Below, piece after piece: positions 41,180-49,002 of a stretch of 64,000 bases of DNA. This DNA is from Eggerthellales bacterium. GTDB lineage: Bacteria; Actinomycetota; Coriobacteriia; Coriobacteriales; Eggerthellaceae. Where the stretch lies: positions 24 through 64,023 of the forward strand of contig JAQXTF010000071.1 in assembly GCA_029219345.1 (NCBI GenBank), read 5' to 3'. Within the stretch, counting starts at the first letter, position 1, and each line of letters opens with the position of its first letter. The notes under the pieces are model-generated. The model was not told the origin of the DNA. It made no database searches and worked only from the letters and a program-made list of their open reading frames with translations. Position numbers and translations under genes: made by a program.

Positions 41180-42943
41180 ATGTCCCTATCAAAGCGCGAT
41201 TTCTTAGTTTTGAAGGAATGTCTGCTTGAAGGCCCTCAATCTCAGCGCCAATACGCCTCTGCTACGGGTTTTAGCCTGGGATCCGTTAACGACGCCTTGA
41301 AGAGCCTTGCCGAACAGGGATATGTCGAAGCGGGTGCGATTACTCAGGCAGGCAAGGATGCCCTTGCTCCTTACAAGGTGCAAAATGCCATCATTATGGC
41401 GGCCGGCATGTCCACGCGATTTGCTCCCTTTTCCTACGAGCGTCCTAAAGGCCTTTTGAGAGTCAAGGGCGAAGTGCTGGTGGAGCGGCAGATTCGCCAG
41501 CTGCAGGAAGCGGGCATCACCGATATCACCTTGGTAGTGGGCTACCTGAAGGAAGCGTTCTTCTATCTGGAAGATAAATTTGGCGTGAAGATTCGCGTCA
41601 ATGCCGAATATGCAACGCGCAACAATAATTCCACTTTGATGCTGGTTCGCGAAAAGCTGGGAAATACGTACATCTGCTCTTCGGACGATTATTTCACCGA
41701 AAATGTGTTTGAGCCTTACGTATACCATGCCTATTATTCTGCAAATTATTTTGAAGGCGAAACCGATGAGTATTGCTTGACCACAGGCTCCCATGACCGC
41801 ATTACCGCGGTTACCATTGGCGGTCGTGATTCTTATGCAATGCTGGGCCATGTATATTTTGACCAGGCTTTTTCTAAGAAATTCGTCTCCATTCTTGAGA
41901 CCGAATACGATAAGCCTGAAACCTATGGCAAGCTGTGGGAAGACATCTACATCGATCATATCAAAGAGCTGGATATGAGCATGCGGGCCTATGAGCCGGG
42001 CATCATCTATGAGTTCGACTCTCTGAATGACCTGCGAGATTTCGATCAGGATTTCATTCGCAATGTTGATTCCGCCATCATTGACAACATCTGCGCTACG
42101 CTTGACTGCCAGCGCGAAGAAATTGTGAATATTGTTCCCATCAAGGCTGGTCTTACTAATTTGAGCTTCCGTTTTGATGTAGCGGGTACGAGCTATGTCT
42201 ATCGCCACCCGGGTGCTGGAACTGATGGGATTATCTGCAGAGAATCCGAGGCTTTCTCTCAGAAGGTCGCTCGTGATCTGGGCATTGATGAGACTTATAT
42301 TTATCAAGATCCGAAAGAGGGATGGAAAATCTCCAAGTTTATCGATGGATGCGATGAACTTGACTATCACAATGACGCTCAGGTTGACCAGGCCCTCGCT
42401 ATGGGCCGCAAGCTCCACCAGTGCGGTGTTTCCAGCCAGTGGACCTTCAACGTGTTTGAGAAGGCCGTGGAAATCATCGAGCTTCTAAAGCAGGGGCGTT
42501 CCTTTCCCCAGTTTGAAGACTTTGGCACCCTCTACGAGAGCGCCAACAAGCTTGCTGCATATGTTGCCCAGGATAACGTGCCTTTGTGCCTATGCCACAA
42601 CGATTTTTACGCCCCTAACTTCTTGGTGAAAGATGGCTATATGGCCCTTATTGACTGGGAATACTCGGCGATGTCAGACTACGCTTCTGACCTGGGAACT
42701 TTTATTTGCTGTTCCGACTATGATGTTGAGCAGGCAAAAGATATTGTTGCTCGCTATTTTGGCCGTAAGCCCACCCTTGAAGAAGAACGCCACTGTTTGG
42801 CATATGTGGCTATTTCCGGCTACTACTGGTTTGTCTGGGCTTTGTACAAGGAGTCCGAGGGAGATTCGGTAGGCGAGTGGCTGTATTTGTGGTATCGATA
42901 CGCGCGCGATTTTTCGCGAGCTGCGTTGGCTCTATACGAATAA
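41180..42943 (+). CDS. Three-domain protein: winged-HTH + LicC-type nucleotidyltransferase + LicA-type choline/ethanolamine kinase (paralog 2)
   Basis: Same architecture as 28819-30579: SQRQYASATGFSLGSVNDALKSLAEQGYV; AIIMAAGMSTRFAPFSYERPKGLL; LCHNDFYAPNFLV; LIDWEYSAMSD. Confidence 0.8.
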   Translation: MSLSKRDFLVLKECLLEGPQSQRQYASATGFSLGSVNDALKSLAEQGYVEAGAITQAGKDALAPYKVQNAIIMAAGMSTRFAPFSYERPKGLLRVKGEVLVERQIRQLQEAGITDITLVVGYLKEAFFYLEDKFGVKIRVNAEYATRNNNSTLMLVREKLGNTYICSSDDYFTENVFEPYVYHAYYSANYFEGETDEYCLTTGSHDRITAVTIGGRDSYAMLGHVYFDQAFSKKFVSILETEYDKPETYGKLWEDIYIDHIKELDMSMRAYEPGIIYEFDSLNDLRDFDQDFIRNVDSAIIDNICATLDCQREEIVNIVPIKAGLTNLSFRFDVAGTSYVYRHPGAGTDGIICRESEAFSQKVARDLGIDETYIYQDPKEGWKISKFIDGCDELDYHNDAQVDQALAMGRKLHQCGVSSQWTFNVFEKAVEIIELLKQGRSFPQFEDFGTLYESANKLAAYVAQDNVPLCLCHNDFYAPNFLVKDGYMALIDWEYSAMSDYASDLGTFICCSDYDVEQAKDIVARYFGRKPTLEEERHCLAYVAISGYYWFVWALYKESEGDSVGEWLYLWYRYARDFSRAALALYE

Positions 42944-42986
42944 AGAAGCATTGGAAAACTGCTAAACAAAAAACGAAGGGAAATCA

Positions 42987-44213
42987 ATGGAAATCATCGG
43001 AACCGCAGTGGTTTACATCATTATGGCTTGCGCCTTAGTGGGATGCGTGGCATCAATTATTAAGCCCGAAAGCGAACTGGGTCAGGAATTTGTGGCTGGC
43101 ATTGACTCTATCGGTCCCATCTTCTTGCCCGTTGCAGGCATCATGGCTGCAGCCCCTTATCTGACCGCTTTTGTAAGCAATGTATTTGGCCCTCTGTACG
43201 GCTTGGTAGGTGCTGACCCCGCAATGGCCGCCACCACCATTATCGCTGTTGACATGGGCGGCTATCAGCTGGCTGATGCCCTAGCATCTACCCGTGAAAG
43301 CTGGATCATGGCTATGACTACTGGCTATATGGCTGGTGCAACCATCGTGTTCACCATTCCCGTAGCCCTGAAAATGCTGGAAGTAAAAGATCGCAAGTAC
43401 CTGGCTTTGGGCGTTATGAGCGGCCTTCTTGCTATTCCTATTGGCGTTTTGGTGTCCAGCGCCATTATCGCTGTTTCCAACCCTATGATTCGCGATTACT
43501 GCTCCACCAATGCTGATGCCACCTATCAGCTGGCTCTTCAGTGGGGCACCATTGGCGCAAACCTGATTCCTCTGATTATCTTCTGTGTTGTATTGGCCTT
43601 GGGCCTGAAGTTCAAGCCCGACGCCATGATCAAGGGCTTCATCGTGTTCGGTCGTGTTATGGAAGGCGCCCTGAAGCTCATCTTCGTGCTGGTGGTCATC
43701 GAGTACTTCACCGGCCTGTTCTCCACCATCTTCGGCAGCTTCGGCTTCGAGCCCATCATTGCCATCGAGGGTGATCCCGACGTTATGCGTGCTCTGGAAG
43801 TTTCCGGCGCTATTGGCATGATGCTGTGCGGTGCTTTCCCCATGGTATGGCTCATCAAGACCTATCTGGCAAAGCCCCTGGGTGCGCTGGGCAAGCTCTT
43901 TGGCCTGTCTTCCGATGCCACCGCTGGCCTGCTGGCCGCATCCGCAAACGTTTTGGCTGCTCTGGCCATGGTCAAGGATCTGAAGGCTCGCGACAAGGTA
44001 ATCGTCATGGCCTTCGCCGTGTGCTGCGCCTTCCTGTTTGGCGACCACTTGTCCTTCACTGCTAACTGGCAGCCTTCTTTGATTATTCCCGTTATGGTGG
44101 GCAAGCTGGTAGCAGGCGTTTGCGCAATTTGCTTTGTAATGGTTCTGGGTGTAAAGAAAGCTGAAGAGCTTGAAGCCGCCGACCTGGCAGCCGAAAGCGC
44201 CGAAAACGCCTAG
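42987..44213 (+). CDS. EutH-family (ethanolamine-utilisation-type) permease
   Basis: 10-12 TM segments. GQEFVAGIDSIGPIFLPVAGIMAAAPYL and GADPAMAATTIIAVDMGGYQLA resemble the conserved EutH N-terminal blocks as I remember them. Confidence 0.65.
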   Translation: MEIIGTAVVYIIMACALVGCVASIIKPESELGQEFVAGIDSIGPIFLPVAGIMAAAPYLTAFVSNVFGPLYGLVGADPAMAATTIIAVDMGGYQLADALASTRESWIMAMTTGYMAGATIVFTIPVALKMLEVKDRKYLALGVMSGLLAIPIGVLVSSAIIAVSNPMIRDYCSTNADATYQLALQWGTIGANLIPLIIFCVVLALGLKFKPDAMIKGFIVFGRVMEGALKLIFVLVVIEYFTGLFSTIFGSFGFEPIIAIEGDPDVMRALEVSGAIGMMLCGAFPMVWLIKTYLAKPLGALGKLFGLSSDATAGLLAASANVLAALAMVKDLKARDKVIVMAFAVCCAFLFGDHLSFTANWQPSLIIPVMVGKLVAGVCAICFVMVLGVKKAEELEAADLAAESAENA

Positions 44214-44220
44214 CAGCAAA

Positions 44221-44252
44221 AAACCTGCCAAATTACCCCATCATTTGGCAGG
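44221..44252. repeat. Copy 3 of the identical 32-nt palindromic hairpin, flanked by A- and T-tracts (bidirectional terminator-like)
   Basis: Exact match to 19400-19431 and 30630-30661. It lies 8 nt after the eutH-like stop, preceded by AAAAAA and followed by TTTTG. Confidence 0.9.
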
Positions 44253-44350
44253 TTTTGCGAACATACAAATTTTGAGCGGCTCTGCGGGGCCGCTCTATTT
44301 TGCGTTAAAATGCGTACGTTACGTTGAGCCCCTCAGAGAGGAATGCTTTC

Positions 44351-45046
44351 ATGCTGAAAAAGTGGGAAGATCTTCCCGAAGATATGAAATGCCCCGCCGT
44401 GCGCGAGTACTATGACATTTTGGCGGGCAGGAAGGCAAGCCTCTTTGCAAAGCGTGTATTTGACCTGATCGTTGGCTTGATTCTGCTTATTATCCTGGCT
44501 ATTCCTATGGCAATTCTGGCCATTATGATCAAGCTTGATTCTGAAGGCCCGGTGTTTTATCGCCAAGAACGCGTAACCACCTACGGCAAGAAGTTCCGCA
44601 TCCATAAGTTTCGCACCATGGTGGCCAACGCCGACAAAATTGGCACGGCGGTAACCGTTGGCGGCGATAGCCGCATCACCAAGGTTGGCGCCAAACTGCG
44701 CGATCATCGTTTGGATGAGTTTCCCCAGGTGTTTGATGTGCTAAGCGGCGACATGAGCTTTGTGGGAACGCGCCCCGAAGCCTCCAAGTATGTTGCTGAC
44801 TACACTGACGAAATGAAGGCAACCCTACTTTTGCCAGCCGGCATTACTTCAGAGGCAAGCATCCGATACAAGGATGAAGCAGAGTTGCTGGATGCCGCAT
44901 CCGACGTGGATAAAACCTATATGGAAGTGGTGCTTCCCGGCAAGATGAAGTACAACCTGGACAGCATTCGCAACTTTAGCTTCTTTGGCGATATTGCCAC
45001 CATGTTCCGTACCGTTTTCGCCGTTTTGGGCAAGGACTATGACTAA
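44351..45046 (+). CDS. Polyprenyl-phosphate sugar-phosphate transferase (small PglC/WbaP-C-type bacterial sugar transferase)
   Basis: FAKRVFDLIVGLILLII (re-entrant helix), GPVFYRQERVTTYGKKFRIHKFRTM, RLDEFPQVFDVLSGDMSFVGTRP. I prefer the ATG at 44351 after GAGAGGAA. Confidence 0.8.
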   Translation: MLKKWEDLPEDMKCPAVREYYDILAGRKASLFAKRVFDLIVGLILLIILAIPMAILAIMIKLDSEGPVFYRQERVTTYGKKFRIHKFRTMVANADKIGTAVTVGGDSRITKVGAKLRDHRLDEFPQVFDVLSGDMSFVGTRPEASKYVADYTDEMKATLLLPAGITSEASIRYKDEAELLDAASDVDKTYMEVVLPGKMKYNLDSIRNFSFFGDIATMFRTVFAVLGKDYD

Positions 45047-45092
45047 ATTTGCGGGTTTTTACCCCTTTGTCCAAATTTCATCCTACAAATTA

Positions 45093-45122
45093 TTGTAAAA
45101 CCCCAGCTTATTGGCTTAATAT
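45093..45122 (+). promoter_or_regulatory. Candidate promoter of the ilvBN leader transcript
   Basis: TTGTAA, 18 nt spacer, TAATAT. Confidence 0.4.
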
Positions 45123-45338
45123 ACGCTTATCTGCTATGACGAGGATAGCGGAGTGCGTTTTTGCGTGCCCAGTGCGGGCGGCAAAAACGGCTCGCACGCC
45201 CCTTTGAGCAGTTTGGTTGAACGCCTCGCTTGCACGCGAATGACCTTCGCGGCAGGTAAGTGCCAGTAAGCTGAACCGGTGACTTCCGTAAAAAGCACAG
45301 GTGCCCCAATAGGGCTCTGTTCCTTCTTGCCTGTCCTG

Positions 45339-45366
45339 GCGCAGCTTATCTGTGCGGGGCTTTTTT
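45339..45366 (+). terminator. Intrinsic-terminator-like hairpin plus U-tract inside the ilvBN leader
   Basis: GCGCAG-CTTAT-CTGTGC then GGGGC (can pair with GCCCC at 45303-45307) followed by TTTTTT. GCACAG at 45295-45300 offers an alternative partner for CTGTGC. Confidence 0.5.
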
Positions 45367-45501
45367 ATTGCCCAAAACAGGCTGTAAACAGGCGTTTTGG
45401 GAAGATAGAAAGGAACTGGTTTGGAAAACGAAGTTCGCAACGCTCTCACTGTTGGAGCTGCAAAGGGCGCTGGCTGCCATTCGTCCTACGAAGGGCAGAC
45501 C

Positions 45502-47208
45502 ATGACCGGCGCACAGTCTATTATCGCTGCTCTGGAATGCGAAGGGGTATCTCATGTTTTCGGCTACCCGGGTGCTCAGGCTATTGCAATTTATGACGCC
45601 CTTTACGATTCAAAGCAAATAACCCATGTGCTTGCCCGTCATGAGCAGGCCGCCGTGCACGAGGCTGATGGTTTTGCCCGAAGCACAGGCTGCGTAGGCG
45701 TAGCCTTGGTGACCAGCGGCCCTGGAGCAACCAATACCGTAACGGGCATCGCTAACGCGTATTTGGATAGCATTCCCCTGGTGGTTATCACGGGTCAGGT
45801 TCCAAGCCATGTCATTGGCACCGATGCCTTTCAGGAATCCGACACCATCAGCATTACCATGCCTGTAGTAAAGCACAGCTACTTGGCTCAAAGCGCGGAA
45901 GACTTGCCCCGCATTATTCGCGAGGCCTTCCACATTGCCATTACGGGACGCCCCGGCCCCGTGGTCATTGACGTTCCTTCTGATGTTGCTGGTCAAACTC
46001 TGGTTTTCAAGTACCCTGAAAAGGTGAACATTCCTTCCTACAAGCCCACCTACAAATGCAACGCAAAGCAGGTGAAAGCGGCTTGCGCCCTAATCGAACA
46101 AAGCGAAAAGCCTGTTATTATCGCAGGTGGCGGCGTGATTTCTTCCGGAGCCGAAAGAGAGCTTGCCGCGCTGGCGCAAACCGTTGACGCTCCTGTGGCT
46201 GTTACCCTTATGGGCAAAGGCGCATTCCCCAACAACGATATGCGCTGTCTTGGCGCTGTGGGCATGCATGGCTCCGATCGCTCCAATGCGGCTTTAATGG
46301 AGTCGGATTTGCTTATTGCGGTTGGCTCCCGCCTTTCTGACCGCGTAACGGGGAATATGGAGAAATTCGCGCCTGGCGCAAAGCTTATCCATATTGACAT
46401 AGACCCTGCGGAAATTGGAAAGCTGCGCGAAGCCGATGTGCCCATCGTTGGTGATGCCGGCGCCGTTTTGGCGGGCATGTTGTCCCAGCTTCAAAAGGAT
46501 GAATATACTGGCGACCACACCGCATGGTGGAAGCAAATAAATGGCAAAAACGGTTTGGTTGCTCCCGCTGAGCAGGGTGACGCCATTGACGCCTGTGCAT
46601 GCATGGAGGCATTGGGTGTCCGTCTTGCAGAGGCGGAAAAGGCCGGCAAGCGCACCATTGTCACCACCGAAGTGGGCCAACATCAGATGTGGGCCGCGCA
46701 GTATCTGCCTCGCAACGCCTCCCGCAGCTTTCTTTCCAGCGGTGGCCTGGGAGCCATGGGTTTTGGTTTTCCTGCGGCAATCGGCGCTAGCTTGGCGTGT
46801 CCCGAGGCCCAGGTGATTTGCGTGGCTGGTGATGGATCGCTTCAGATGAACATTCAGGAAATGGCCACGGCCCGTGCGTATAACGCTCCCGTGAAAGTGC
46901 TTCTTATGAACAACGGCTGCCTTGGCATGGTCCATCAGTGGCAGCAATATTTCTATGACGGCCGCTACTCTCAAACGGAATTGGATTTCAACCCTGACTT
47001 TATAGCACTTGCTGCGGCATATGGCTGGAAGGGGAGGCGGGTGGAAACTTCCAAGCAGTTTGGCGAGGCTCTTGATGAGATGCTGGCGTGCGATGGCCCC
47101 TACTTGCTGGATGTTGCCATTCCCGTCAATAAGACCGTATTGCCTATGGTTCAGCCGGGAAGCGGCTTGCTCGACCGCGTGAAGACCGATTTGGTGGAAG
47201 GGGAGTAG
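45502..47208 (+). CDS. ilvB: Acetolactate synthase, large (catalytic) subunit
   Basis: HVFGYPGAQAIAIYDAL, and the ThDP motif GGLGAMGFGFPAAIGA...GDGSLQMNIQEMAT...NNGCLGMV. I prefer the ATG at 45502 (MTGAQSII); the ORF-track TTG is at 45421. Confidence 0.9.
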   Translation: MTGAQSIIAALECEGVSHVFGYPGAQAIAIYDALYDSKQITHVLARHEQAAVHEADGFARSTGCVGVALVTSGPGATNTVTGIANAYLDSIPLVVITGQVPSHVIGTDAFQESDTISITMPVVKHSYLAQSAEDLPRIIREAFHIAITGRPGPVVIDVPSDVAGQTLVFKYPEKVNIPSYKPTYKCNAKQVKAACALIEQSEKPVIIAGGGVISSGAERELAALAQTVDAPVAVTLMGKGAFPNNDMRCLGAVGMHGSDRSNAALMESDLLIAVGSRLSDRVTGNMEKFAPGAKLIHIDIDPAEIGKLREADVPIVGDAGAVLAGMLSQLQKDEYTGDHTAWWKQINGKNGLVAPAEQGDAIDACACMEALGVRLAEAEKAGKRTIVTTEVGQHQMWAAQYLPRNASRSFLSSGGLGAMGFGFPAAIGASLACPEAQVICVAGDGSLQMNIQEMATARAYNAPVKVLLMNNGCLGMVHQWQQYFYDGRYSQTELDFNPDFIALAAAYGWKGRRVETSKQFGEALDEMLACDGPYLLDVAIPVNKTVLPMVQPGSGLLDRVKTDLVEGE

Positions 47209-47209
47209 C

Positions 47210-47698
47210 ATGGAACAGACAAAACACGTCCTTACCTTGCTGGTTGACAACAAGCCCGGCGTTTTGCAGCGTGTGGTTGGCTTGATTTCTCGCCGCGGCT
47301 TCAACATTGAGAGCTTGTCGGTAGGTCCTACTGAAAATCCAGCGTTGTCCCATATCACCCTGGTTGCCCTGGGCGATCAAGTGGCTTTCGAGCAAATCAT
47401 TAAGCAGTTGCACAAGCTGGTGCCCGTGCATAAGATCACCGACTTGTCTGCCGGTGGTGCCATTGTGCGTGAGCTGGCCCTTTTCAAAGTGAAGGCTCCT
47501 GCCGATAAACGCGGGGAAATCATCGAGATTTGCAACATCTTCCGTGCGAAAATCGCCGATCTGGGCACCGATTCTTTGACCATCGAGATTACAGGCGATG
47601 AGGGAAAGCTGCAGGGTTTGGAAGATTTGCTGCGCGTATACGGCATCAAAGAAATTGTACGCACGGGCAAAATCGCTCAGGCTCGCAACCATAAGTAA
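47210..47698 (+). CDS. ilvN: Acetolactate synthase, small (regulatory, ACT-domain) subunit
   Basis: HVLTLLVDNKPGVLQRVVGLISRRGFNIESLSVGPTE. Confidence 0.9.
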   Translation: MEQTKHVLTLLVDNKPGVLQRVVGLISRRGFNIESLSVGPTENPALSHITLVALGDQVAFEQIIKQLHKLVPVHKITDLSAGGAIVRELALFKVKAPADKRGEIIEICNIFRAKIADLGTDSLTIEITGDEGKLQGLEDLLRVYGIKEIVRTGKIAQARNHK

Positions 47699-47730
47699 AC
47701 ACTGTCTGCTTTTTGAACAGGCTGCTTTAT

Positions 47731-47768
47731 CAACCCCCAACAACGCTAATTTGCGCCGTTGGGGGTTG
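47731..47768 (+). terminator. Strong hairpin after ilvN (possible terminator, weak U-tract)
   Basis: CAACCCCCAAC-(16 nt)-GTTGGGGGTTG followed by TTGCAT. Confidence 0.45.
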
Positions 47769-47843
47769 TTGCATAAGTGGTGCCTATTGGGTGGCGTAAA
47801 ATAAATTTGAAGGAACCAATTGGTTTTTGTTAAGGAGAAAAAT

Positions 47844-48923
47844 ATGGCACGTGTTTACAATTTTGCTGCTGGTCCGGCAAATCTTCCCGAAGAAGTGCTA
47901 AAGGAAGCTGCCGAAGAAATGCTCGATTACAAGGGCACGGGCATGTCCGTTATGGAGATGAGCCATCGCTCTAAGGCATTTGATGCCATCATCAAGGAAG
48001 CTGAGCAAGACCTGCGCGACCTGTACGGCATTTCCGATGATTACGCTGTCATGTTCTTGCAGGGCGGTGCTTCTACCCAGTTTGCCGCTATTCCTATGAA
48101 CCTGATGAAGTCTGGCAAGGCTGATTACATTGTTACCGGCAACTGGTCCAACAAGGCTTACAAGGAAGCTCAGATGTATGGTGATATCACCCTGGTTGCC
48201 AACACCAAGGACAAGAATTACACCTACATCCCTGATTTGGATTCCCTGGAATACTCCGACGATGCCGATTACCTGTATGTGTGCTGGAATGAGACCATTC
48301 ACGGTACCACCTATCGTCAGATTCCTCCCACCAAGGCAAACATCGTTGCCGACGTTTCTTCTTGCTTTTTGTCTGAGCCCATGGACATCAGCAAGTTCGG
48401 CGTTGTTTACGGCGGCGCTCAGAAGAACATTGGCCCTGCTGGCGTCGTTGTCGCTATCGTTCGCAAGGACCTCATCTCCGATGAAGTGATGGCTGGCACC
48501 CCCACCATGCTGAAGTGGAAGACCCAGATGGAAAACGACTCCATGTACAACACTCCTCCTTGCTACGCCATCTACATTTGCGGCAAGGTATTCAAGTGGA
48601 TCAAGTCCATTGGCGGCCTTGAGGCCATGAAGGAGCGCAACGAGAAGAAGGCTGCAATCCTGTACGACTTCCTGGATAAGAGCGAAATGTTCAAATCCAC
48701 CGTTGAGAAGAAGGACCGCTCTCTCATGAACGTCCCCTTCGTCACTGGCGACGATGCTTTAGATAAGGAATTCATCGCTGCTGCAACCGCTGCTGGCCTG
48801 GTGGAGCTGAAGGGCCATCGTTCCGTAGGCGGCATGCGCGCCTCCATCTACAACGCAATGCCCATCGAGGGTGTTGAGAAGCTGGTTGCTTTCATGGAGG
48901 AATTCGAGAAGGCTCACAAATAA
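47844..48923 (+). CDS. serC: Phosphoserine aminotransferase
   Basis: YNFAAGPANLPEEVL, GMSVMEMSHRSK, and the GAQKNIGPAG PLP-lysine block. ATG at 47844 follows AAGGAG. Confidence 0.9.
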   Translation: MARVYNFAAGPANLPEEVLKEAAEEMLDYKGTGMSVMEMSHRSKAFDAIIKEAEQDLRDLYGISDDYAVMFLQGGASTQFAAIPMNLMKSGKADYIVTGNWSNKAYKEAQMYGDITLVANTKDKNYTYIPDLDSLEYSDDADYLYVCWNETIHGTTYRQIPPTKANIVADVSSCFLSEPMDISKFGVVYGGAQKNIGPAGVVVAIVRKDLISDEVMAGTPTMLKWKTQMENDSMYNTPPCYAIYICGKVFKWIKSIGGLEAMKERNEKKAAILYDFLDKSEMFKSTVEKKDRSLMNVPFVTGDDALDKEFIAAATAAGLVELKGHRSVGGMRASIYNAMPIEGVEKLVAFMEEFEKAHK

Positions 48924-48940
48924 TCTGAGTGCGTTACAAT

Positions 48941-48982
48941 AGAGAAGTCTCCGCATGTCGGGGGCTTCTCTTTAGTGTTTTT
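48941..48982 (+). terminator. Hairpin plus T-tract between serC and serA (possible attenuating terminator)
   Basis: AGAGAAG..(17 nt)..CTTCTCT then TTAGTGTTTTT. Confidence 0.45.
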
Positions 48983-49002
48983 GAAGAAGGGACAAGCAAG
49001 AC

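Noticed and set aside
45128-45366. T-box (tRNA-Leu) or ppGpp/ykkC-type riboswitch, or BCAA leader-peptide attenuator, for ilvBN
   Set aside because: By eye I could not find the T-box consensus (GGUGGUACCGCG-like), a specifier-loop/AGUA-box arrangement, the ykkC conserved cores, or a Leu/Ile/Val-rich mini-ORF. I left it unclassified rather than forcing a label. A covariance-model scan could overturn this.
45108-45596. ORFs 45108-45449 (-), 45127-45309 (-) and 45279-45596 (+) inside the ilvBN upstream region
   Set aside because: They have no RBS, their translations are Arg/Cys/Ser-rich nonsense-like sequences, and they overlap the hairpin series and terminator. The region is better explained as non-coding leader RNA.
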